64,000 nt of DNA. Origin: Parasitella parasitica NRRL 2501 (taxonomy: Eukaryota > Fungi > Mucoromycota). The stretch spans positions 1 to 64,000 of the forward strand of contig MU619303.1 in the NCBI GenBank assembly GCA_025201805.1, written 5' to 3'. Of this stretch, positions 14,057 through 25,586 are shown piece after piece (the first letter of the stretch is position 1; each line of letters opens with the position of its first letter). The notes below the pieces were generated by a model. It saw only the letters and a program-made list of their open reading frames with translations. It was not told where the DNA came from and made no database searches. A program made the position numbers and the translations under genes.

Positions 14057-14879
14057 ACGATATTATGTTCAGACACAGTTTAGTTTGCTCTCTTTTTTTG
14101 ATGATGATGCTTGTTGTAAAGAAACGAAATGCCTTTCACTCTTGCTCGGAAGCACCATCTTTTGCCTGAGGAATATCCTTACTCAAACCAAGCGACTTTA
14201 GGATAAAGAACAGATTTTTTTCTTGTGTTCTTGCAGAAGAAAATTTGTTTTCTAGAAAATCTAGTTTTAAGACAATGCTGCAGAACTTCATCTTATTCCT
14301 TAAGAGTGACTCGATGATCAAGCTGAAAACTTTCCAAGCTCAATTGCAAACGAGTTGCTTCTTCGTTAGCACATGATTCTGCTCTATTAAATTCAAAGTG
14401 GCAACAGAAGGAAGAATTTTCATTTCGTCAGTAAAGACAAATTTGAGTAGTGTAGGACTAGGCTTTGTTTGATCTTGTAAAGAAATCTCTTCATGCTTAT
14501 ACAAGCTTTTTCCATTCAAGTAATCTATAGCACTGCTTATATTAATTTGATGCTTTTCTTTTTGTAAAACCAGCTTTCTATTTGGGAGAGTCATGCGCTT
14601 TTTCCAGATCAAATTGACTTCATATAACCCTTTTTATATCGATTCTTCGGTATTGGTATCTGAAGTAGTTTTCTGCTTTTGCTATCATAAGCATTCGGTA
14701 TTTCATCGAGTTGTTCTGCAAGAGACGCAAGTTGCGCTTGACAGTTTGCTCCAAAATAAAAGAATATGACTTCAAATGAAGAGCAAGATGAACGCGGTAG
14801 TAAAACAGACGAAAGTGGAAGAAGGTAATGAATGCTGAAGTATTTTATTCCAAGACATTAATTTAAATTATACGTCTTA

Positions 14880-15334
14880 TTTAATAGCATACATCCGTAA
14901 GAGCAACTTTACAAGGTACAGCCTCGCAATTATTTGTCTTGTTTTGGTTGAGCGTTTGAGCATTCAATGATTGCAGCCGTGAGATAGAACACCATTTGGA
15001 AGCACCTATTTTCTCATACTGGGATCGTAACAACAAGAAGGCCAATGTGGCCACCACCACACAAACTCCAGTTGTTCATGCAAATATGCTTTGGCAAACC
15101 GTCACGACTTGGCTCATCATCCATATTACCACCTTCAAATGTCATCTATAAGAACTGAAACCGCTGTAATATTGAGGCCGGCAGAGCAATAAAAACAAAT
15201 ACACGTTCTTGCGGCTTAAGTTGATTCAGTTAAACGCGCTGCATCAAAGCCAGCCTACTACACACTATAGTAGACAACGTATCTAGCGGTGTTTTGCGAA
15301 AAGACCATCATCTTTTAAAATCTACCGACTTTGA
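14880..15334 (-). mobile_element. Possible decayed Tc1 transposase N-terminal fragment
   Basis: Minus-strand fragments ILKDDGLFA, LSRKNV and RFAKAYLHEQLEF resemble the Tc1 HTH-linker region; they lie in broken frames. Confidence 0.3.
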
Positions 15335-16017
15335 NNNNNNNNNNNNNNNNNNNNNNNNNNNNNNNNNNNNNNNNNNNNNNNNNNNNNNNNNNNNNNNNNN
15401 NNNNNNNNNNNNNNNNNNNNNNNNNNNNNNNNNNNNNNNNNNNNNNNNNNNNNNNNNNNNNNNNNNNNNNNNNNNNNNNNNNNNNNNNNNNNNNNNNNNN
15501 NNNNNNNNNNNNNNNNNNNNNNNNNNNNNNNNNNNNNNNNNNNNNNNNNNNNNNNNNNNNNNNNNNNNNNNNNNNNNNNNNNNNNNNNNNNNNNNNNNNN
15601 NNNNNNNNNNNNNNNNNNNNNNNNNNNNNNNNNNNNNNNNNNNNNNNNNNNNNNNNNNNNNNNNNNNNNNNNNNNNNNNNNNNNNNNNNNNNNNNNNNNN
15701 NNNNNNNNNNNNNNNNNNNNNNNNNNNNNNNNNNNNNNNNNNNNNNNNNNNNNNNNNNNNNNNNNNNNNNNNNNNNNNNNNNNNNNNNNNNNNNNNNNNN
15801 NNNNNNNNNNNNNNNNNNNNNNNNNNNNNNNNNNNNNNNNNNNNNNNNNNNNNNNNNNNNNNNNNNNNNNNNNNNNNNNNNNNNNNNNNNNNNNNNNNNN
15901 NNNNNNNNNNNNNNNNNNNNNNNNNNNNNNNNNNNNNNNNNNNNNNNNNNNNNNNNNNNNNNNNNNNNNNNNNNNNNNNNNNNNNNNNNNNNNNNNNNNN
16001 NNNNNNNNNNNNNNNNN
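15335..16017. other. Assembly gap (N run)
   Basis: Run of N. Smaller gaps occur at 2627-2636 and ~63367-63416. Confidence 0.99.
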
Positions 16018-16528
16018 CAAGCGCAGGGGCAGCATACTTCACAGAATGAGCGCACTAAACACAGTGTTTAATACAAATCTAGACCTTCGACTCGGTATTA
16101 AGTTCCTGTCAATGGCCACAGAACTTAAACGAATACGCTCTATTCTTGAAGTATGCTTGGATCACACTCTAAAAATTGAGAACTATAGTTCAGTTAGTAA
16201 GCGCTGCTGGGAGATTGTGTTGATAAGCGCTTACATTGTCTCCATCTTTGAAGCCAGAGTGGAGTTATGCCGAAAAAAATCGTTTCTCTTTTTTTCCAAT
16301 GTTGCTATGAGCAACTGGTTTCTATTGTAGACAATGTCTTTAATAACGCGTAAAATATTACTTAAAGTGCAATTCATAAAACACTTTATCTTTTTCTTGA
16401 TGCTCATGTTGAACGTAAAGTATCTGAAAGAAAAGCGAATTGAGTAAAAAAAATCGTTATTTAGTTTTTGCAAAAACAGCCAATTGAAAATTTCAAGTAC
16501 GCTGATTGGAATTTTGTAGGCCGCCATT

Positions 16529-16708
16529 TTTTTTAAAGATTTTTATTGTTTGCTTCATGTAGATTAAAGTAGCGATATGGTAACCAAGAGGCGGGTGCAA
16601 TTATATTGATAGTATTAATAAAAAAATAAGTATGAGAAAGAGATAGATAAACTAAAGGAAAGAAAATTACAACATAGAGTGAGCCTGATCTTCGTCGATC
16701 ATCTTGGA
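16529..16708 (-). mobile_element. Extremely 5'-truncated LINE insertion (~180 bp) with an 11-bp target-site duplication
   Basis: The minus strand encodes SKMIDEDQAHSML*, then a 3'UTR ending GCAAACAATAAAAATCTTT(A)n. AGGCCGCCATT is duplicated at 16518-16528 and 16709-16719. Confidence 0.85.
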
Positions 16709-17268
16709 AGGCCGCCATTAAACGTTTTGAATCCGCCAATTGGAATTTTAAAAATCCGTCGATTGAGACCGTAGGCACGAAAAAGTTCACATTGTTGGGA
16801 TCACACCAGACTACGGGCTGCTTCAAGTAAAAAGCCTCAAAAAGCGAGATAAACTATATGGTCTTTTGCCTGATGGTAATAGTTTTGACATGATGAAGGG
16901 TCTTTTGATTCCAAAGAAATAAATTCTACGTTCAGGGGTAATTTTCGTTTTTTGCTGAAGCACATTGTGGACATCAGGAAATGAGTTCAGTAAAATCATA
17001 AAAGCATGGTAATCTGAATTATTACAAGTGCATTAGAAATTGATGCGTGTTATCAAGAAAGAAAACGTTATATGTAAATGGTAGTAAAAGGGCACGACTT
17101 TTACCCACAACATTTGATACGGCTATTATACAGTTGTCATAATAGCAATCATCCTCATGTTTTCAAGACCTGTTCGAAAACCCGACAAAAATTAAGCTTA
17201 ACATTTTTTCTAAAATGTTGTCAGTAACCTTTTCTTCTTCTTTATATTTTATATCACTTTAATTTCAA

Positions 17269-20200
17269 ATGAAAGATTACTACAATAAAAAAACGATCCT
17301 TATTACTGGCGCTACTGGATTTGTTGGAAAAGCTATATTATGGCAATTGTTAAAAGAAGCTGGAACAGTGATCGATAAAGTGTACGTTCTTATTCGCCCC
17401 AAGAGGATTCCGGCTGGAAGCCCTTCACAACGCATTTTAGATGAAATTGTCAATACCCCAGTAAGTTTTTCGCTGATGGTGCTGTCAAAAGATATTCATG
17501 ATTTTGCCTTAGGTGTTTTATAAGCTATTAAGATATTTTGATAACGACAAAGAAGCATTGAGACGAAAGCTAATCCCAATTTCCTGCGATCTATCTCTAT
17601 CACATATGGGATTGTCCATGGAAGACAGCATTCAAATGAAGGACACAAATATTGTTATTCATTGTGCGGCTACGTCAGAATACGAAAACTCGGTGGAATG
17701 GAATCTAGAGGTAAAGCTTGCTGTACATCTCGCTTTCTTTTCTTTCTTGCAATACTGATACCCTATTTTGTTTTTCTTTTTTTTTTTAGACAAATGTACT
17801 GGGAACTATTCGATTAATGGATTATTTGGATGGTTGCGATGATGTTTGTGAGTTTTGGCATTTTTAAAACGTTTGTAATATAACAGCTAATCCGGCCTTA
17901 AATAATCAGGTTCTTTTATTCACATGTCGCCCATTCATATATATCAAGATGCACCCGACGATAGCGATGATACTGTCATTTCAGAATACATTTATGATAT
18001 TGGACTTGGAGATCCTGAGGATTTTCTAAAGCAACTCCTTGGCGCAGATGAAAAAGGTATACAATAGGGTTTTTTTTTAAAAAAAAAGAGACGGGGACAC
18101 TAATATGCCTGCTGTATCACATACATATTCCAGAATTATCAGCATTGGTTAAGCGAATCTTACAAAAATTCTCGACATTACATCTATTCACAAAGGCACT
18201 CACAGAACACTTGATCGCGAAAAGAGTGAATCAAGTTCGAAATGTTGAAAATCAAGGATATCCCCTTGCTATTTTCCGCTCTCATTTTATAGGACCTGCT
18301 GCAGTAGAGCCCACGCCAGGCTGGACAACTGGCATGTCGGGTGTTTCTTCATGGCTGGCACTTTATGGTCATTCTATACCTATCATTCAGCCAGATCAAG
18401 GTCGACAATATGCAAATGTATTTCCTGTAGACTATGTTGCTAAATGTATTATTCACTCAATCCACACAATTAAATACCCGGGTCCTGACTTTGTTGCGCC
18501 GTTTGCTAATAATGTGATTAAGAGAAACTCGACAGCTATCTACCATCCCTATATATTCAACATGTCAACTTCAGCATTCATAAAGCCAATCACATGGTGC
18601 GAAGCATACACTGCCATTCAAGATTACTGGACTAGGCCAAGCAATGTGATTCCCAACAATCAAAAACTGCCTATAGCTGATAGCTATTTTTCCAGTAATA
18701 AAACTTTATCGAAAGCAAGATTTTTGATGCAATATTACTTTCGATCCTCTGCCAACAGCAACAGCAGTAACAGCGGTTTGAACAGCGTATTAAGCAATGG
18801 AAATTCCTCATTCAATTTATACAACGCTCCATCGCGAGACTACAACCAGCAGCAAGATCAGCAAAAATGGATGGAGCTGGCTTCCAACATCCGTAACAAT
18901 CTTGCCAGACAAAACCGTTATCCTTGGGAATACAATACAACACAATTCGATGCTTTGATAGACAAATTGGAAGGCATAGATGTTTTGCAAGACCTGAGTT
19001 GGCATAACTATTTTATGCAGAGTTGCCATGGCGTCCATGTCTACACTTTGCACTGCGGACATCATATGCGCACTAGTGTCCTGCCTTCATTTCAAGTATG
19101 CTCGCTGTACTCTCATTCCAACACGGCTTCTATTATCGACTCTTCGTTCAAAAGCGTAGTGTATACCGAGGAGGAAATGCGACAGAGAGTGCAATATATG
19201 ATTGCGACTGTGATAAGCTCGTTGAAAAATCCTGGGCAGTTTATACAAAATGAAAAGGAATGGAAGCCTATTTGGATCGAGTATCTGAACGACATGCTGG
19301 AAGATTGGTGCGACGAAGGGTCCATTGAAGCCTTGGAAATTAGCATGAAAAAGAAAGAAATTCAGACCAGGTGGCAATTGAAGGTTGACGAGAATAACGA
19401 AATGACCAAAGTAGCCGTTCTGAACGATCCCAGAGTCGGAAAAGCCATTCAGCAGGTAAAATGGGTTGACAGAGACTGAGGACAGACGCTAAAATATGTA
19501 CAAACTTCAGATTTCTGACAGGTCAGGTATGCCTGTTGAAAAAGTAATGGAGGAAGCTATGCGATCATTGAATAGAATCCAAGAGCGAACACAATTGCCT
19601 TACGCTTGGTTTGCTGCGACATTCCTTCAAAAGCTATTCAAAAGTATGTTTAGTGGAATTTACATTGACAAAGCTAGTCTAGAAAAGGTAGCTATGTATA
19701 AATTTGGTGGTTATTATTGCGACTCATGTAGCAAGTAGATCAGAGAATCTGTCAAAAACAAGCGTGTCGTTTATGTGCCTGTTTCCAAGACTACATTAGA
19801 CCCGGTTCTCGTGTGGTATTTAGCCATACGCTACGAGTTGCCTATCCCAGCGCTCGTTTTAGATGAAGCCTTGGCTATTTTGGGTCCCTTCTCTGACCTG
19901 CTTCGACTTGCCGGTGCAGTATTCATCAAACGAGACCCCAATACTAGGTCGACGTTAACTACTGCTGTCACTTCAGCCTACCTTCAACATCTCATGCAGG
20001 AACACGGCGCAATGACACTGATACTGGATAAAGTGAGATCAAGAACGGGCATCTTCCAAAAACCTTACCAGGATGGGCTTGTGGATATGATTATTGGCCA
20101 AGATGTTGTATTTATTCCCATCAATGTGTCATACGAGGAAGTACCTGATATTGTATTGCTGATCGCACAAGATTTGCAAACGAGCAAGAGGAAATCACAA

Positions 20201-21781
20201 CACAATGGCAACAATAATGGTATACAAAGATCGGCCTCCCATCGCATGTCGACACCTACCAAAGTGTCAAGGCCCAGCGAAAGTCGATCCCATCGTGTAC
20301 GAAGCCGCAGCTTGAATGGATGGCAAGAAGAACAAAAGACGAAGTCAGGAGCTGAGCAACAAGCGATGCATTGTGGCAGATTGCTTGTAGGTTTTGGGCA
20401 GCCAATTTCGGTGGATGGCAGTGTTGTTGGGGCGCAATGGGCGGATACGATCCAGAAAGAGCAAAAGAGAGCGACGGTCATCAGTCCAATTTCACTGGTG
20501 GCATCAATTTTGCTATATAGCCGAGTCAGAGGAAACTGCATTGATTTACAGACAATGAAGGACTATTTGGAGTATTTGCGCGTCTTTGTAAAGAGCCAAA
20601 GCATTGCAATGGATTGGCAAGGTAAGCATGCCAAGATAAAAAGGAGCATTCGGTTTAACAGATTGCGCTGTGGGTATTACAAAGACTTTGAAGACACGGA
20701 AACTATCATATTTTACAACATACGGTTATTGGAAAAGACTTCGAATTTGGTTACATGGGACGAACGAAACAGTGGATTTACGTTTAAAATTAGCACTAAA
20801 TCGGAAAGCATACTACAGCTGGCATACTACGCAAACCAGGTAAGCCTCTCAAGTGCTGTTTTGTGTGTAGCATGCTGCTAACGTTTCGTAACATCTAGGT
20901 GCGCGAGCTGTTTGTCTTGGACTCCATCTTTGCGAGCACTTATCTGTCATTTGGTAGCTTAACAAAGGTTGCTGAAATGATTTTTATCGAGAGATTCGAG
21001 TTCTTGGCAACCTTATTTCAGTATCACTTTGAAACGTCGTGGAACATTAAAGAGGAATACCAGAGATTGAAGCTAAAGTACCAAGAGTACATGGGCGGAA
21101 ACGAGGGCACTTTGGAGAGAATAGTAACCAAGGTCAATCTCAGTAAAAAGTACAACCAGTTTGGTCTGTTGGCATCTTTTATCTACCCCATCCTTGATTC
21201 GTTCTGGGTCACTTTGTGTGCATTGTCGTCGCTGAATGATGTCAAAGCCTTACCATTGTCTTTGGTACCAACCCTATCTCAGTGGATAGGCATGCATTTG
21301 ATCAGCGGTAGAAGAACCATCTACAGCGAGGTTCTATCCACTGAATACAATCAAAACACTCTACAGACTTTGGTTCAGTGGGGATTATTGAGTAAGAAAT
21401 CAACAAAGCTAATCCTCTCTCCCGATGCTCAAATGCTGATGCAGGCACTGGGACTATCTACCAATGAAGATTTGATCATTTTAGAGGTAAATCACTTTAA
21501 AAGCAGTGCATTCGTCCAGCCATTGACAGTATTTTTAGCATGAATCTGATGAAATTGCTGAACTGTGTAAAAAAGTTGAACAGCTACGAAAACGAGACGA
21601 AGACGACAGTTTATCCAGATATATTTACGAGAAATGCCAAAATCAAATCAGATCATTAGCCAAAAAGTCCACGTCTTTCAGCAAAAAGCAGGGTGCGACT
21701 GTAGTTGAAGAGAAAGAAGAAGCCATGATTCAGCTTGGCTATGCTTTACTACAAAGCATGGACAATAACGCTACCCTTTGA
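17269..21781 (+). CDS. Fatty acyl-CoA reductase (NAD_binding_4 + FAR_C) fused to a GNPAT/GPAT-like acyltransferase (FARAT-like), with catalytic residues substituted
   Basis: Ten exons: 17269-17460, 17513-17710, 17790-17847, 17910-18056, 18134-19455, 19511-19687, 19739-20621, 20685-20839, 20899-21486, 21539-21781. FAR motifs: ILITGATGFVGK, VIHCAA, TNVLGT, FTKALTEHL, PVDYVA. Acyltransferase motifs: GAVFIKR, RSRTG, IPINVSYE, LAYYANQ. Confidence 0.85.
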
Positions 21782-22028
21782 CAACGAGAATAAGACCACT
21801 GTAGTTACACGTGAACAATAGCGTCATTTGTACTGTAAAACATTCCCTTTTTCGGCAATCTGACAAAGAATCTTGATAGATTTATTAGGTGTAGTGCCAA
21901 AAGATAACATCATTGCTGGGCGATCCCAAACATTCAATTTTGAAACCCATTTAATAAAGGTAATTTACCAAAATGAAGTAGTTTGCTCTTCTTTACTGTT
22001 CTCTGGGGAGATAATAAACATACACAAA

Positions 22029-23421
22029 ATGGCATTATTCACAAGCAATAATTCAAGGTCTAAAGTCAACATACTTTTACTTTTGTTTGCAACTTTTATT
22101 GTGTATTGCATCTATATCATTTCATACAACCTGCCAACCACGACCACAGCTAGACATGAATCATCCACCAGCATCCCAACTAGAAACCCTAAATCTGATA
22201 TCTGCAAAACTGATCAGGTTCTGCGAAATGTCGATCCCAACCACACAAATGCTCATATCGAATTTTGGAGACATTTGAACGAAGCGACGATTCAAGTATA
22301 CAAGAAACGATGGCAAAAGTTTGTTTCTAGTGTCGAGCACACGCACATGCCTCGTGGTGTGTCGGGTCGAGGTATTGTGCTGGTTGCTGGCAACGGAGAT
22401 ACATTCGACCGCGCATTGACAACAATTAAATTGCTGCGACATTTGCAGCGTTGCAAGCTAAATATCGAAGTGTGGCACTTGTCTGATGAACAACCCTCCC
22501 AAGCAATGAGGCAAGAGCTTGAAGACTTGGGTGCGACACCAAGAGATTTATCAGATCCTCAGCTAGTTCGGCCCATCATTCATCGAAGAAATGCAGACAA
22601 GCAATTTCAAATCAAAGCAGCTGCTGTCATCAATTCTGCTTTTAAAGAAGTGTTATACCTTGACTCTGACAATGTGCCGGCTCAGGACCCAACATTTTTG
22701 TTTGACACGCCTGAATACAAATCCATGGGTGCTTTGTTCTGGCCCGACTTTTGGTATGTATGCTTGTGGACGAAACAAATGAACCCAAGTGACTTATGCT
22801 TATTATAGGAAAACTCATGGCGATAACAAGATTTTCAATGTACTCGACATTCCATGTGAGGATGAGTGGGAGCAAGAGTCTGGACAAATGGTGATTGACA
22901 AAGAAAAGTCTTGGGTCCCATTGCAATTAGCCTGGTACATGCAAAAGCATTATGAAATATACTTTCAGTTCTTGAACGGCGACAAAGATACGTTCAAATA
23001 TGCCTGGAAAGCGTTAAATAAGCCGTACCACATGGCAGAAGCTTTTCTTGGTATGGCTGGTACTATGGTCAATAATCGATTTTGCGGCCATACAATGCTT
23101 CAATACACTCCTACCAGTGACCAAGACGACGATCGAATATTGTTTGTGCATGCAAACTTGCTCAAGATTACCGACAAGAATCATTTCATCCATGGTGATC
23201 AGCCTGAGCATCCTTGGGATTTGGCAAAGAGATCTACCATGAATCATGCCAACACCTGGATTAAGCCAGAATTTTATATTTCGAATCAAGGGCAAGCTTG
23301 TATGGATTTCACTCATCGCCAAGGTGAACCAGATGCCATTACTGAAGATTTCGATTATGTTTTACCGGATTTCCAGGCTAATTACTTCAAGTTTGGGGGG
23401 ATCGGTGGCGAAACAAGATAA
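22029..23421 (+). CDS. Alpha-1,2-mannosyltransferase, MNN2/MNN5-like (GT71)
   Basis: N-terminal TM anchor, RGIVL, SAFKEVLYLDSDN, ALFWPDFWKT, EQESGQMVIDK, GDKDTF. One intron at 22754-22808. Confidence 0.9.
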
Positions 23422-24082
23422 TGACGATTGTGAATGGAACCATTACAAGCCCAATGCACCAAGTGGTTATTGATCATCTATTTGTTAAATAAATCTCTTG
23501 GCTGCTGTTTCAACTCTGAACACCCAAAAAAAGATATCGCTAGTTGCTGTGGAATACACATTGTGTATTTGATCTGACCTTGAGTAGAAAAACTTATCAA
23601 ATTACTTTGAATATATAGCGAAAAAAAAAAAAAAAAAAAAGTAGTTTGTGAATTTCGTTTCAAGTATATTTCATTGCCAAAAAGAATTAGCAGGAAAGGC
23701 GATTTATTATGGCAAGCATTCAAGCTGATATATTGAAGAGCAAAAGTCTGTTATTTCATTGTTATTGTTTTAGTCAAAATATAACTACTTTTGCATATAA
23801 ACCTTGATATAAGCATTGCCCAGCTGAAAATAAGATTGCGGTGTCAGACAACTATTATAAGGTGTAATTTGGTTCGTTCTTCATACCTTAAAAGCATGTA
23901 ACAGAAACGACAAGGAATATACCAAATAAAACCGACTCAAGGGTAGGATATGTGTCTAATTTTGGATAGGCAGGGCGTGAAGCTGCACAGACCAAAATGA
24001 CCTGCGTTTTTACGCTGTCATAGTCCTAAGCCCACAATGGGTTGAAATTTTTAAATCTTAAACATTTACTTGTGTGTCAAAT

Positions 24083-25015
24083 ATGTTAAAGTCAATTTTT
24101 CGAGTCAAACCCATTAATGCTAGGCTGTTCTCGAGTGAGAATAGTGCTCCAGTAGCAGCAACAGCCAACTGGGTGCCCAAGAAACGTGTATCTAGACCTA
24201 CTATGGAGAAAATCCGAACTTTAGCAGCCTCTGTAAACCATACGATACATATTAAAAGCCATAATTGGGACTAAAGAAATTGTTTTACATAGCAACCTGA
24301 AGTGTACAACACTGTGTCCTTATCCAAAGAATTCAAGTTGTCTGTTGAAGCTGTACGACGAATTCTAAAATCCAATTATGTGCCTCAAGAACAAGACGCC
24401 GAAAGACAAGAAAGCAACCGCTACAGAGCAATGGGCGATCGTAGAAAAGAGTTTAAAAAGGTCTACAACATTCCTGAGGACAATCCCAAGACATTTTGGA
24501 ATAAAAAGACAACTTCGAAGGAACTAGATTTTTCGACTAGAAGAGAAGAAAGAGGAGGAAAAAACATGTGGTCAAATTCTGTATACAAGAGAAGATCTTT
24601 TGATGACAGTGCTAGTAGATTCGATATTGACAAGGATAACCGACCTCAAAGACATTTCGATAATTATGAGCCAAATGTTCATTCAAGACGAAATTCATAT
24701 AGTAGGGATGATCAGAAAAGAAATGTGGTTAGTGGCGATGCTCGAAGAAATTTTGATCAAAGACAATCTTTCAGAAGAGGTCGTAATGGTGGCAATTATG
24801 GAGAGACATCTTACAGAAAAGATAGATTTAATGCTAATGAAGGACGAGAAAACAAACCCTTTGGACGGTTCACTAATGAAAATAGATCATTCAATGATAA
24901 AAGATCCTTCGAACGAAACGACCGTTATCAAGACACTGGTAAACGACCATTTAATCGTCAAAGAGACAACAACAATGCAGCAGGTGACCGCAGATTCCCT
25001 TCTAACCAGAGATGA
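24083..25015 (+). CDS. Neugrin/RRG9-family mitochondrial protein
   Basis: Mitochondrial-presequence-like N-terminus; WVPKKRVSRPTMEKIR and FKLSVEAVRRILKS motifs. Intron at 24233-24292. Confidence 0.8.
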
Positions 25016-25085
25016 TGTGATTGATGAAAAATGTACCAAATGATTCAACCAATAAAAGCAACAACGACGCGCGTTAATTTCTTCA

Positions 25086-25128
25086 TGTGTGTATGTGTGT
25101 GTATGTGTGTGTATGTGTGTGTGTGTGT
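25086..25128. repeat. (TG)n / (TATGTGTGTG)n microsatellite between convergent gene ends
   Basis: tgtgtgtatgtgtgtgtatgtgtgtgtatgtgtgtgtgtgtg seen directly. Confidence 0.9.
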
Positions 25129-25218
25129 GAGAGAAACAAGAATATTCATGAATGGGTTTTTATTTAATTTAGCCAAGGAATATATCATTAAACTATATGG
25201 ACATTATAGGGTTTTGAT

Positions 25219-25586
25219 TTATTTATTTTTAGCAGCCTTCTCGTCTTCATAACGGCTCTTGTCAGCTTTAGCTTTATCATCATAGGGCTAAATGAATTTT
25301 TTTTAGTGGTTAATTTTAGTAGAGGTGAGGGGAGCTAACCTTCTTTTCTTTAGCATCCAGGCCCTTCCATTTTTCACCAAGAAGCTTACCAATAGTACCT
25401 AATAAATAGAAATTAAGATGCTGCATAGTGGGATGAGATGAATCCGAGGTAGGTACCAAATGAAGCATCGGGGTTCTCTTCCTTGATTTTAGCACGATTT
25501 TCTTGAGAAAAGAACATGTAGGCAGATAAACTACGCTTGGGAGCAGCAGGATCTTTCTTTGATCTTGGTTTGGTAGCTTTGGGCAT
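25219..25586 (-). CDS. NHP6: Single HMG-box non-histone chromatin protein Nhp6
   Basis: Spliced product [85 protein letters not shown]. Two coding introns, and a likely 5'UTR intron (~25587-25919) ending directly at the ATG. Confidence 0.92.

Larger units (their letters stand above)
2893..16922 (+). pseudogene. BPL1: Biotin-protein ligase (holocarboxylase synthetase) with N-terminal BPL_N/GATase-like domain, split by an ~11.9-kb TE nest; probable pseudogene
   Basis: Exons 2893-4166, 4220-4290, 4348-4632 and 4711-4913 give MPGGRD, YLGLCAGAYY, YYNGGG, HPE, STQ, QVAGRGRGQNSW, KWPNDIY, CGINL and NWLH. Segment 16773-16922 encodes HEKVHIVGITPDYGLLQV...LLPDGNSFDMMKGLLIPKK*. The catalytic KxxGIL motif reads EVGGQL. 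Confidence 0.85.

Noticed and set aside
14880-15334. Possible Fanzor/TnpB remnant (AGFD...E)
   Set aside because: No RuvC or zinc-finger motifs; the fragments fit a Tc1 transposase better.
15294-16071. Five ~240-aa ORFs in the ORF track
   Set aside because: Artefacts of translating the N gap.
20622-20684. Stop-free in-frame introns (also 30187-30240) as retained-intron isoforms
   Set aside because: Expected by chance among many short introns; there is no further support.
21873-22028. 52-codon upstream extension of the mannosyltransferase ORF
   Set aside because: It begins at a TTG; the ATG at 22029 gives the expected type II membrane topology.
25219-25586. HMG gene as the Mucorales mating-type gene (sexM/sexP)
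   Set aside because: The sequence is a typical Nhp6, and no triose-phosphate transporter or RNA helicase gene flanks it.
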